A stretch of 62,401 nt of DNA, counting the filler, from an uncultured Gemmatimonadota bacterium (GTDB lineage Bacteria; GCA-2686955), in the NCBI GenBank assembly GCA_964490075.1. It is 3 parts of 3 records of this genome, joined end to end, with 100 filler letters (N's around TTAATTAATTAA, not from the genome) between each part and the next. Parts side by side here need not be neighbours in the genome. Positions count along the whole stretch, not along the records: positions 20,949 to 41,688 come from CAZBBK010000083.1; 2 more parts are not named here. One strand, given 5' to 3'. Positions 30,776-39,926 of this stretch are shown in pieces. Made by a program: the position numbers and the translations under genes. A model generated the notes under the pieces. The model was not told where the DNA came from. It did not search any database and saw only the letters and a list, made by a program, of their open reading frames with translations. Each line of letters starts with the position of its first letter. Within the stretch, counting starts at the first letter, position 1.

Positions 30776-32199
30776 GTCGGTCTGAGCATCAGGCCCACCA
30801 CGAAGCGCAGCGAGCGCAGGTTGCAGCGCAGCTGGGCCGCCGAGCGGATGCGGAACAGATGCGCGGCCACCTTGTGCGGCCGCAGGTAGAACTCCCGATT
30901 GGCGCGGCGGAGCCAGTACATCATGCGCCCGGGGACCATGGCCTCGACGCGATGGACCGGAGCGGTGTAGATCCCGGTGCGATCCCGATCGTAGCCCACC
31001 AAGTGCCCCGACTCGGCCAGCTCGCGATACGCGCGGGTTCCGGGGAAGGGCTTGAAGACGAAGAACTTGGCGAAGTCCGGATCGGCCCGCTTGGCAAACT
31101 CGACGGTTTCCCGGGCGGTTCCGTCGGTTTCGCCGGGGGAGCCGAAGATGAAGTAGCACCAGGTCGCGAAGCCGAGCTCCTTGGCCTCGCGAATCGTCTC
31201 CAGGGCCTGTTCCAGGTCGATCCCCTTGCCGAGGCGCGCGAGGATCCGCGGCGATCCCGACTCGATTCCGAAGCCGACGTTCTGCATGCCGATTCCGCGC
31301 AGCGCCACCAGCACGCCGCGATCCGCGCGGTCGACCCGCAGTCCGTTCATGAACATGTAGCTCACCGGAAAGGCCGCGCGACGTAGCGCGGCGCAGAGCT
31401 CCAGCGTCCAGTTCCGATCTTCGGTCAGCGAATCGTCGGCGAAGTGGATCTCGCGAGCGCCGTGGCGGGTGATCGCCACGCCGATCTCGGCCACCACATC
31501 GGCGACTGGGCGGTAGCGCACGCGCGCTCCGAAGGCGGCCGGCGAGCAGCAAAAGGTGCAGCGCCCGGGGCAGCCGCGGCTGGCCATCACGGTGGCCACC
31601 GGCAAGCGGCGGGCGTCGGGGGGAGAGTAGACGCGCAGGTCGGGCACCAGATCGCGAGCCGGGTGGGGCAGGGTCGCCAGGTTCGAGAGCAGAGGCCGTC
31701 GCGGATTGCGGACGATTTCTCCCGCGCGCCGAAACCACAGGCCTCGGATTCCGGCGAAGTCGCGCCCGGCGGCAGCGAGACGGCGTGCCAGCTCGCTCAT
31801 GGTGGCCTCGCCTTCGCCGACCACCGCCACGTCGAAGGCACCGGAGAGCAGGGCGTGACCAGGCTCCGCCGTGGCGTGCGGTCCGCCGATGACGCGCAAC
31901 GCCTGCGGGACGACGCGGGAAATCCGCCGCGCGATCGACTCGGCATCGGAGAACGCGGGGGTGGTCGCACTGAGGCCGACCAGAGAGGGGCGAAGCTCGG
32001 TGGCGGCTCGCTCGATGGCGCCGGCGCGCGCCAGATCGGCTTCGATGAAGGTCACGTCCCAGCCCTCTCCCCGCAGCACCGAGGCGATGTAGAGCAGTCC
32101 CAGAGGAGGATAGGGGTTGGGAATTCGCACCCCGTAGGCGCCGAGCTGCGAGGGATTGATCAGGAGCGCGCGCATGGTTGGATGAAGATACAGGTTCAT
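30772..32199 (-). CDS. B12-binding radical SAM protein
   Basis: PPLGLLYIAS, GGPHAT, GEGE, SRGCPGRCTFC, FADD, GIESGS, GSPGET. Confidence 0.92.
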   Translation of the reverse strand: MNLYLHPTMRALLINPSQLGAYGVRIPNPYPPLGLLYIASVLRGEGWDVTFIEADLARAGAIERAATELRPSLVGLSATTPAFSDAESIARRISRVVPQALRVIGGPHATAEPGHALLSGAFDVAVVGEGEATMSELARRLAAAGRDFAGIRGLWFRRAGEIVRNPRRPLLSNLATLPHPARDLVPDLRVYSPPDARRLPVATVMASRGCPGRCTFCCSPAAFGARVRYRPVADVVAEIGVAITRHGAREIHFADDSLTEDRNWTLELCAALRRAAFPVSYMFMNGLRVDRADRGVLVALRGIGMQNVGFGIESGSPRILARLGKGIDLEQALETIREAKELGFATWCYFIFGSPGETDGTARETVEFAKRADPDFAKFFVFKPFPGTRAYRELAESGHLVGYDRDRTGIYTAPVHRVEAMVPGRMMYWLRRANREFYLRPHKVAAHLFRIRSAAQLRCNLRSLRFVVGLMLRPT

Positions 32200-33143
32200 G
32201 CGCCGAGCGGTTCGAGCCAGGGCAGGGCGCCGCCGTCCGATGCCACCCAGCCACCGCGGCCCCGGCAGCGGGCGCGGGCCAGAGCGCGGCGCGGCAGATC
32301 CTCGTCGAGCTCGGCGGCGATCTCGCCGAGTGTGGCGAAGCGGCCGCCGGCGGCGCGCACCGCCCGGACAAAATGAGCGAGAGGCGCCGGATCGACCAGG
32401 GCGTCGACCTCCGGGTGCGCGGCGTAGACCAGGGGGGGCGGGCGCTGCGCCGAGAGCATGGGGCGCAGAGCGGCGGCCAGGGCCGGGACCCGGCCGACCG
32501 GTGCCAGACTGGGCCAGGCCAGCAACTCGTCGCAGGTAGGCAGATTGACCGGGATCTGCGGCGGGCCGAGCGCCGCTCCGCTCGAGTCGACCAGGCGCAG
32601 CGGCGCTCCGGCACGCAGATCGCCGGCCCAGTGGAGGCCGAGAGGCACCTGTGCGGCGATCGATGCGGGGGTCGCGCGCCAGGCCGGCGCCGCCGAGCCG
32701 CGCGGCTCGAGTCCCGCGGCACGCAGCGCGGCGCGGGAGGCTTGCAGATCGTGCTCGGTGCGTTCCTGGCTCCAGCTCTCGATGCGATTCTGCCACGAGC
32801 GATGATCGTGCCCGTGCAGCGCTACCTCGTGTCCCCGCTGCACGAGCCGGCGCAGAGCCGCGCCGAGAACCGGGGTCAGCAGCTCGGTCGCCGGCAGCAG
32901 GGTCCCCGCCAAGAGCGTGCGGATGCCATACACGCGCGGCGCCTTCATTCGCAGCTGCCGGGCCAGGAAGCCGGGCTCCCGCAGTATGTTGACGAGCGCG
33001 CGTCCCGACCGATCCGGCCCGGTCGCGACACACCAGGTGGCGCGCAGCGTATGGCGCTCGAGCAGCTCGATCATCGGCCCCAGCGCCGCGCCGGCGGCTC
33101 TGCCGCAGCAGATGTCGATCCGCAATGCCGCCACGATGCTCAT
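32196..33143 (-). CDS. ArnD-like deformylase (undecaprenyl-P-formamido-sugar deformylase family)
   Basis: ALRID, ATGPDRSGR, YGIRTLLAGTLLP, HGHDH, QIPVNLPTCDE and HPEV follow the ArnD pattern. The usual DxD is DxC here. Confidence 0.8.
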   Translation of the reverse strand: MSIVAALRIDICCGRAAGAALGPMIELLERHTLRATWCVATGPDRSGRALVNILREPGFLARQLRMKAPRVYGIRTLLAGTLLPATELLTPVLGAALRRLVQRGHEVALHGHDHRSWQNRIESWSQERTEHDLQASRAALRAAGLEPRGSAAPAWRATPASIAAQVPLGLHWAGDLRAGAPLRLVDSSGAALGPPQIPVNLPTCDELLAWPSLAPVGRVPALAAALRPMLSAQRPPPLVYAAHPEVDALVDPAPLAHFVRAVRAAGGRFATLGEIAAELDEDLPRRALARARCRGRGGWVASDGGALPWLEPLGA

Positions 33144-35275
33144 GGCGCAACCGCCGCGGATGCGCGCAGGGTCTCCGCGCGGGTCGCCGCCGCCGCGGCC
33201 CTTCCCTCGCGTCCCACGAGCCGCAGCGCCAGAGCCAGCCGCTCCCAGCTCTCGGCCGAGCCGGACCTGAGCTCCGTGGCACGGGCCAGGTGGTCTGCGG
33301 CGAGCCCCGGCTCTCCGGTGCCCAGCAGCGCCTCTCCCAGGTTGAAGCGCAGCGCGTAGCCATCCGCTCCGGCTTCCAGCGCCGCCCGCCAAACCTCGAT
33401 CGCCGCCGGCGCCTTGCTTTGCTCGAAGAGCGCTCTGCCGAGTGCCAACGACGACTCCGAGGCCGCCGATCCGGCGCGTTCCACCGCCTCGCGCCACGCC
33501 TGCTCGGCGCCCGGCAGATCTCCCAGGCGGTCGCGGACCACGCCGAGATTGTGCAGCAGGCGCTCGTCGTCCGGGCTGAGTCCCACGGCTCTTCGCCAGC
33601 TGCGCTCGGCCTGCTCGAGTCTTCCCATCCGCGTCTCCCACTCGGCGCGGCGCCCCAGCACCAGCGTGGCGCGCCGCCGCGTATGACGATCGTCGGAGCG
33701 CCGAGCCAGCGCCAGGAACGACTCGGCCGCCGCTTCGGCGCCGGGAGGCGCTTGCTCTGCGGCCGCGCTGGCGGACGCCTCCGGGGCAGGCAGCGCCCGG
33801 CGGAAGAGCAGACCGTGGGGCCGAAGCTCGCGCGCGGCGAACGCCGGGTGCTCGAGCGGCGCGTAGAGTACCGGGCGCGACCCGGCCGCGGCGAGCAGTC
33901 GAGCGAGGGGGGGGTGCTCCGGCAATGGCTCATCCGAGGGGGGCACCGGCGGAGTCGGCCCGAGGCTCGCCAGAGCCCTCTCCATGGCCCACGCCCGGTG
34001 TGCCATCGGCAGGTAGACCACCACCAGATCGCCGCGCCGGCCGGTCGTCACCCGGAACTCCTCGAGCGCGAAGAGATCGAGGGTGTTGTCGAGCAGCACC
34101 AGGGCGGAATCGGGGGCGCAACGCGCCAGCGCCTCGCCGTAGCGCAGCGAGTCCTCGAAGCCGCTCAAGTCACGCTCCGGCCAGCGCTCGACCGCGGTCC
34201 AGGCCACCCGGACCAGGATCAATCCCGCAGCGGCCGCCATCCAGCTCCGCCGGCGGCGCGGGATGGGGATCGAATACGCCGCGGCCAGAGTCAAGGGGAT
34301 CGCCACCGGCACCAAGTAGGCATCGAGCACCAGGCCGCCGCCGAAACGCCACGCCAGCGCCACTCCGCCGCCGGCCGCACCCAGGAGAACCGCGGTGAGC
34401 CCCCGTCGCCGCCCTCTCCAGGATCGGGGCCGAAGCAACGCCAGAATCCCGAGCGCGGCGATCATCCCCCAGCCGGGGCCGAGCGATTTCCAGGCATCGA
34501 GCGAGGGCAGCGCCCGGTAAGCGTCGCCGCCGAGCTCGGCGGCAAAGTCGGCGGCCAGGAGATGGTCGACCAGGCCCCGCAGCCGATGCGGCGCCCCCCA
34601 GACATGACTTCGCGCCAGGTCGCCGCGGATCGGCAGATAGAGCAGAATCGACGAGCCGAGCAGTGCGCCCACCGCGAGCCGCCCGAGCGCCGCTGGGCGC
34701 CGCGCAGCGGGCGCGGTGAAGAGGTGCGCCAGGGAGATCGGCAACGCCGCCGGGAGCGCCAATACGTGAGTGGCGCAGGCCAGGGCGCCCACATGGCCGG
34801 CCAGGAACTGCCGGCGACCCTCCGTGCTCGGGGCAGAGTTCGGACGCGGCGCGCAGCAGTAGAGCAGGGTGAGCGCCAGGGCCAGGAACGCGTAGACCTC
34901 GGGCGTGGTGGCGAATCGCCACAGCGCGTCCAGCGAACCGAGCGTCAGCGCCAACACCGCCGCCCACGCGACCCGGCCCCCGCCGCCGGCACCGTCGGCG
35001 AAGCTCCGCGCCATCAAGGGCAGCAGCCCCAAGGCGATCGCGGTCGCGGCGGCCGCGGCCCACACCACGGCCCGAGCCGACCCCAGCGCGGCGAAGACCA
35101 GCGAGGGCAAGGCGTGCCCGGGCGGGTGCAGGATCCCGCCACGCAGCGCCACGGCCACCACCTCTCCGCCGTCGTCCCAGTAGCCCCCGGGAGCCGCGCA
35201 TGCGGCGTAGATCACCGCCGAGAACGCCGCGACCGCGGCTCCAGCCGCCAACGCAGGCCGCGCCCCACCGATCAC
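33140..35275 (-). CDS. DUF2723/TMEM260-like membrane glycosyltransferase with C-terminal TPRs
   Basis: YWDDGGE.......GILHPPGH, PEVYA, LYLPIR, WG.P, many TM helices, TPR tail. GTG 35275. Confidence 0.8.
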   Translation of the reverse strand: MIGGARPALAAGAAVAAFSAVIYAACAAPGGYWDDGGEVVAVALRGGILHPPGHALPSLVFAALGSARAVVWAAAAATAIALGLLPLMARSFADGAGGGGRVAWAAVLALTLGSLDALWRFATTPEVYAFLALALTLLYCCAPRPNSAPSTEGRRQFLAGHVGALACATHVLALPAALPISLAHLFTAPAARRPAALGRLAVGALLGSSILLYLPIRGDLARSHVWGAPHRLRGLVDHLLAADFAAELGGDAYRALPSLDAWKSLGPGWGMIAALGILALLRPRSWRGRRRGLTAVLLGAAGGGVALAWRFGGGLVLDAYLVPVAIPLTLAAAYSIPIPRRRRSWMAAAAGLILVRVAWTAVERWPERDLSGFEDSLRYGEALARCAPDSALVLLDNTLDLFALEEFRVTTGRRGDLVVVYLPMAHRAWAMERALASLGPTPPVPPSDEPLPEHPPLARLLAAAGSRPVLYAPLEHPAFAARELRPHGLLFRRALPAPEASASAAAEQAPPGAEAAAESFLALARRSDDRHTRRRATLVLGRRAEWETRMGRLEQAERSWRRAVGLSPDDERLLHNLGVVRDRLGDLPGAEQAWREAVERAGSAASESSLALGRALFEQSKAPAAIEVWRAALEAGADGYALRFNLGEALLGTGEPGLAADHLARATELRSGSAESWERLALALRLVGREGRAAAAATRAETLRASAAVAP

Positions 35276-36990
35276 CGAAGCGCTCCCGACTCGGCGGCGA
35301 AAGGCATGGAGTCGCGCCACGCGGCGCGCCGCAGCAGGGTGTCGCCCACGAAGAGCGCGTCGAGTCCCCCCTCTTCGAAGACCCTGAGCAGGTCGGCGGC
35401 GCTGCGGGCGATCGGCTGGCCGGCAACGTTGAGGCTGGTGTTGAGCAGCGCCGGAACGCCGGTGTGCTGGCGGAACCGATCGATCAGGCGGTGAAAGAGC
35501 GGCTGCTCCTCCGCCCGCACCGCCTGGGCCCGAGCGCTTCCGTCCTCGTGCACCACCGCCTCGAGCCGTGCCCGCCAGTGAGATCGAACCGGCAGCGCGA
35601 AGCTCATTCGGGCGCAGTCCGCCTGGACGGCGAGGATCTCGTGGCTGAGCTCGGCGAGAATCGCCGGCGCCAGGGGGCGAAACCACTCGCGGCCCTTGAT
35701 GCACCGGTTGATCCGCTCGCGGGTGGCGCGCCGGCGCGGGTCGGCGAGAATCGAGCGGTTGCCGAGCGCCCGCGGGCCGAACTCCATGCGCCCCTGCGCC
35801 CAGCCGATGACCGCCCCGCGCGTCAGCAGCTCGACCGCGACCGCGGTCGGATCGGCGACCCGCTCGAGCTCGCCCGGCGGTGCTGACCCGCACAGATCAT
35901 CCGGTAGCTTCGGTCCGAGAAAGGGCGGCGGTCCAGCATCTCGAGCGCTGCGGCGCGACTCCCGGGCGAGCGCGAGCGCGGCGCCGGACGCCGTGCCGGC
36001 ATCGTTCGGAGCCGCGGGAACGTGGACCCGCGCGAAAGGCCCGCGCCGCACCACTGCCGCGTTCATGGCGCTGTTCAGCGCCACGCCGCCGGTCAGACAG
36101 AGGGTCGAGGTGCCGCTGCGCCGGTGCAGGTGCTCGGCGATGTGCAGCACCACCTCCTCGAGGCGCTGCTGCGCCGCCGCGGCGAGCGCGAAATGGCGCT
36201 CCTCGAGCGGCTGGTCGGGGCGTCGGGGGGGACCGAAGTGGCGTTCGAAAAGGGGCGACCCACAGCGCCCGGCCCCGTACTGGTGGCGGAACCAGCGCTC
36301 GTCGAGACGAAATCGCCCTTCCGGGAGCGTCACCACCGCCTCGCGCAACGCCCCCGCCGCCGACCGCTCCCCGATGGCGGCCATCCCCATGACCTTGTAC
36401 TCGTCGGCGTGCACCTCGAAGCCCAGGTGCTGCGTCACCGCCTGCCAGAAGATCCCCAGCGAGTGCGGAAAGGCGATCTCGTCGAGACGCCGCAGGCGAC
36501 CGTTCCGAAACACGCCGGTCCAGGTGGTGGTCCATTCGCCCATGCCATCGATGGAGAGCACCGCCAGAGGCCCGGCGGGCGCGCCGGCCACGGCGTCGAA
36601 GGCGTGCGCGCGGTGATGCTCGACGAAGTGCAGCGGAGTCGACCCCGGCAGCCCGGTGCGCCGCGCCAGTCCCCCGCCGCACAGAGCGATCATGCGCAGC
36701 CATCCGCCGACGTGTTGCTGGCGTTCGGTCAGAAAGCGGATCGAACCAGGCAGGCGACGCGCGACGTGCACGAGGCGGGCGGAGCCGTGCAGCAAGGGCA
36801 CGTGGTAGAAGGCCAGGGCGTCGGCACCGCCGGCCTGGCGCAGGCACCACCGAGCGGCCCTCGTCGGAAAGCCGCCTTCGTGCTTCGTCAAGGTGAAACG
36901 CTCCTCTTCGACAGCCGCGACCAGGCGCCCGTCGACCACCATCGCGGCGGCGGAATCGTGTCCGTAGGCGGAGATGCCCAGCACCCTCAC
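35272..36990 (-). CDS. NodU/CmcH-family carbamoyltransferase
   Basis: HDSAAA, EEERF, HHRAHA, DGMGE, EYKVMG, GGVALN, EFGPRALGNRSILA, KGREWFRP, LLNTS. Confidence 0.93.
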   Translation of the reverse strand: MRVLGISAYGHDSAAAMVVDGRLVAAVEEERFTLTKHEGGFPTRAARWCLRQAGGADALAFYHVPLLHGSARLVHVARRLPGSIRFLTERQQHVGGWLRMIALCGGGLARRTGLPGSTPLHFVEHHRAHAFDAVAGAPAGPLAVLSIDGMGEWTTTWTGVFRNGRLRRLDEIAFPHSLGIFWQAVTQHLGFEVHADEYKVMGMAAIGERSAAGALREAVVTLPEGRFRLDERWFRHQYGAGRCGSPLFERHFGPPRRPDQPLEERHFALAAAAQQRLEEVVLHIAEHLHRRSGTSTLCLTGGVALNSAMNAAVVRRGPFARVHVPAAPNDAGTASGAALALARESRRSARDAGPPPFLGPKLPDDLCGSAPPGELERVADPTAVAVELLTRGAVIGWAQGRMEFGPRALGNRSILADPRRRATRERINRCIKGREWFRPLAPAILAELSHEILAVQADCARMSFALPVRSHWRARLEAVVHEDGSARAQAVRAEEQPLFHRLIDRFRQHTGVPALLNTSLNVAGQPIARSAADLLRVFEEGGLDALFVGDTLLRRAAWRDSMPFAAESGALR

Positions 36991-37715
36991 GACGCGTCTC
37001 CAATCCCTCGCGAGGGCAGTGGCCGCGGCCCCTCGGCCCTCACCCGCACGAACCACGCCAACCGCCGCAACCAGGGCAGAGAGCGCAGCAGCCGGCGATC
37101 GATCGACACCGCTCCTTCGCTCGCGGCAGCGGCCGCGAGCAGCCCGTGATAGGAGATCCGGACGCTCTCGAATCGAGCGGCGATGCGCCCCAGATCGCGC
37201 CGCGTCAGGCAACGGGCGCCGGAAAGACGGCCCGCCGACAGAGTGCACCGATAGAGCGCCACCAGGGGATGGTAGGCAAGAGGCTCGACCAGCAGCAGGC
37301 GACCCTCGGGACGCAGGACGCGGCCCAGCTCGTCCAGAAAGGGGTCGAGGCGCAAATGCATGGCGGTGGTCTGTAGGACGACCAGGTCGACGCACTCGGC
37401 GCGCAGCGGCAATTCCTCCGCCCGCCCGGCGCAGAGGTCGATACCCGAGTCGCGGGCGATGAAGCGCCGAAGTTGCGGGGCGCGAAGATCGATCGCGCAG
37501 ACCCGCGCGCCGAGACCTGCCAGCGCCCGCGCGCCGCGCCCCTCGCCGGCTCCGATCTCCAGCACAACTGTGCCCGCTTCGATCCGCTCGCTCTGCTCCG
37601 GAAGCAAGCCGCTCCGGCTCAGGAATCCACCATGCCCCAGGGCAGAGCGGCGAGGGCTGCGTGTCGGCGACCAGTAGCGACGGAAGTAACTACGAGCCCG
37701 CGGATCGCCTCTCAC
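36987..37715 (-). CDS. Class I SAM-dependent methyltransferase
   Basis: VLEIGAGEG, AEELPL, RVLRPEG, EPL.YHP. GTG 37715 overlaps the upstream stop. Confidence 0.8.
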   Translation of the reverse strand: MRGDPRARSYFRRYWSPTRSPRRSALGHGGFLSRSGLLPEQSERIEAGTVVLEIGAGEGRGARALAGLGARVCAIDLRAPQLRRFIARDSGIDLCAGRAEELPLRAECVDLVVLQTTAMHLRLDPFLDELGRVLRPEGRLLLVEPLAYHPLVALYRCTLSAGRLSGARCLTRRDLGRIAARFESVRISYHGLLAAAAASEGAVSIDRRLLRSLPWLRRLAWFVRVRAEGPRPLPSRGIGDAS

Positions 37716-39673
37716 CCCGCCTCCCCGGCGAGCGGTGCTCCCCCTCGCGACCGGCCCGCGGCCCAACCCGCCAGCTCGATCTCGAGCGCTCGGCCCTGGA
37801 CGCTGCCCGCGCCACCGATCTCGATCTCCAGAGGCACCAGCCAGCCGCCATCGCCGCAGGCGATGGCCCAGCGACCGTCGTGGCAGAGGGGCGCTCCCGG
37901 GAGCTCGGCCGGGTCCTCTTCCGCCTCCGTGACTACCGCCCGCCAGATGGTGAGCCGATCGCCGCCGTCGCCGGTGAAGGCTCCCGGAAAGGGGCGCGCC
38001 ACCGCCCGCACCAGGTTGTAGATTTCCGCGGCGGATCGGCACCAGTCGATGCGGCCGTCCTCCGGGCCCCGCTTCTCGACCCAGAATGCCTTCGATTCGT
38101 CCTGCGGCCGCGCGGTGTAGGAGCCGCTGCACAGGCTTGGCCAGGTCTGCTCGAAAAGCGCCGCCGCGGCGCGCGCCATCTTCACCGAAAGCGTCGCGGC
38201 ATCGTCGCTCTCGGCGATCGCCACCGCGCGTTGGGCGACGATCGGTCCGGCATCGGGGCGCTCGGTCATCTCGTGGATCGTGACTCCGGTCTCTTTCTCC
38301 CCGCGCAGCAGCGCCCAGTTGATCGGAGCCCGGCCGCGGTACGCAGGCAGCAGCGAGGGGTGCAGGTTGAAGGCGCCGCGGGTCGCCAGAGCCAGCACGG
38401 CCGGCGGCAGAATCCTCCGATAGTAGGCCGAGACGATCAGGTCGACGCCGAGCTCCGCGAGGCGCCGCTCGAAGCGCTCCGAGCGCACGCGGTCGGAGAG
38501 CAGGACGGGGATGTGGTGGCGAGCGGCCAATTCGATGACGCTCGGCCAGGCGCGGCGGTCTTCCTCGCTCTCGCGGTGGGTGGCGACCGCCACCAGGCCG
38601 GCACCTTTCTCGATCAGGTGGCCCAGCACGAAATGACCCACTTCTCGAAAGCCGCAGAGCAGCACGCGCGGCGGTCTCTGCTCTTGGCGAGGCGCCCCCG
38701 ATCGTCCGGCCGACCGATGGTGGGGTTCCAGCAGCTCCGCGATCGCCGGAACCGGGCCGGCGCGGCGACGGCGCGCGGCGGACGCGATGTACGATCCCAG
38801 AATCCACCGCATGGCCAGCAAGGACCCTCCGGCCAGCGCGACCTGTCCGGCGGCGAAGGCCGCGGCGCTCGGGCCGGTCCCCAGGAGCCGCGCCGCGCCG
38901 CCGGCGATCGCGCCGACCAGGAGCGCGGCGGTGATCGCGATTCCCGCGCCGATCCACCCGATCGTCCGAGGCTCCCGCTCCGACGATCCGATCGAAAGGT
39001 CGAGCGCCAGGCGCAGCAGCGAACGGAGATCGTACTTGGAGCGGCCCGCGCCCCGGCGTTGGTGGTGGATAGTAACTTCGTCGAAGCTGTGGGCGGCGCG
39101 ATGCGCGAGGACCGGCACGTAGGGCGAGAGAGCCCGGCTCCGCAGGACCGATTCGACCACCGGCCGAGAGTAGCCGCGAAACATGCAGCCATAGTCGTGT
39201 GCGGGCACGCCGGAGATCACGGGGCCGACGCGGCGCAGCAGACCGCTCAAGAGCCGGCGATGCAGGCTGTCGGTCCGCTCCACGCGACGCCCCGAAACCA
39301 GGTCCACGCCGCGCTCGATCCGCGCCACGAAACGGGGGATCTCCTCTGGTGGATCCTGCAGATCGCCGTCCAGGGTCACCACCGCCGCGCCCGCCGAGCT
39401 GCGCAGGCCGGCAAGCAGTGCCGCGTGCTGGCCCGATCGCGCGCGCAGCACGACCACTCCCACCGCTCGAGGAGCACGCCGGTGCCAGGCTCGCAGCCCG
39501 TCGGGCGTGGCATCGGTGCTGCCGTCGTCGACCAGGATCAGCTCCGCGTCGTCACCGTATCGCTCACACGCCCTCAGCACCCGTTCGACCAGCTCGTCGA
39601 CGTTCTCGACCTCGTTGTGCAGCGGCACCACGACGGAGACTCGAGGGTGCCGGCGAGAATCGCCTTGTGTCAT
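37712..39673 (-). CDS. Fusion of an ArnC-like GT2 polyprenol-phosphate glycosyltransferase and an ArnA-like N-formyltransferase
   Basis: N-half: SVVVPLHNE, VDDGSTD, GQHAA, DGDLQDPP, DYGCMFRGY, two TM helices. C-half: FNLHPSLLPAYRGRAPINW, GVTIH, DAGPI, NLVRAV.RPFPGAF. One continuous frame. Confidence 0.88.
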   Translation of the reverse strand: MTQGDSRRHPRVSVVVPLHNEVENVDELVERVLRACERYGDDAELILVDDGSTDATPDGLRAWHRRAPRAVGVVVLRARSGQHAALLAGLRSSAGAAVVTLDGDLQDPPEEIPRFVARIERGVDLVSGRRVERTDSLHRRLLSGLLRRVGPVISGVPAHDYGCMFRGYSRPVVESVLRSRALSPYVPVLAHRAAHSFDEVTIHHQRRGAGRSKYDLRSLLRLALDLSIGSSEREPRTIGWIGAGIAITAALLVGAIAGGAARLLGTGPSAAAFAAGQVALAGGSLLAMRWILGSYIASAARRRRAGPVPAIAELLEPHHRSAGRSGAPRQEQRPPRVLLCGFREVGHFVLGHLIEKGAGLVAVATHRESEEDRRAWPSVIELAARHHIPVLLSDRVRSERFERRLAELGVDLIVSAYYRRILPPAVLALATRGAFNLHPSLLPAYRGRAPINWALLRGEKETGVTIHEMTERPDAGPIVAQRAVAIAESDDAATLSVKMARAAAALFEQTWPSLCSGSYTARPQDESKAFWVEKRGPEDGRIDWCRSAAEIYNLVRAVARPFPGAFTGDGGDRLTIWRAVVTEAEEDPAELPGAPLCHDGRWAIACGDGGWLVPLEIEIGGAGSVQGRALEIELAGWAAGRSRGGAPLAGEAG

Positions 39674-39926
39674 GAAATCCAATACCTTACGACGCATGCG
39701 TGGGCGGATGTCCTCGTTGACACCCCCCACGACGCTGGCTATGATATCGCACCCTTCGCTCTCCGACATGTCGCGGAGTCGCCGTGGCCTCCGGAAAGCG
39801 AAGCAAGGCACGAGGCCAGAGGTCGGAAACACATCTCCGCGTTTCCGCGGAAATGGCGGTCCGAGAACACCGGAGGACGGGCTCGCGACGTCTCCGGGGT
39901 GTTCCTGAGGACACGAAAGGTTATCT

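Noticed and set aside
28823-33933. Apparent 1299-aa and 1053-aa giant proteins in the ORF track
   Set aside because: The N-terminal parts are off-frame overlaps of upstream genes. Real starts are at the 4-nt overlaps (30775, 32199).
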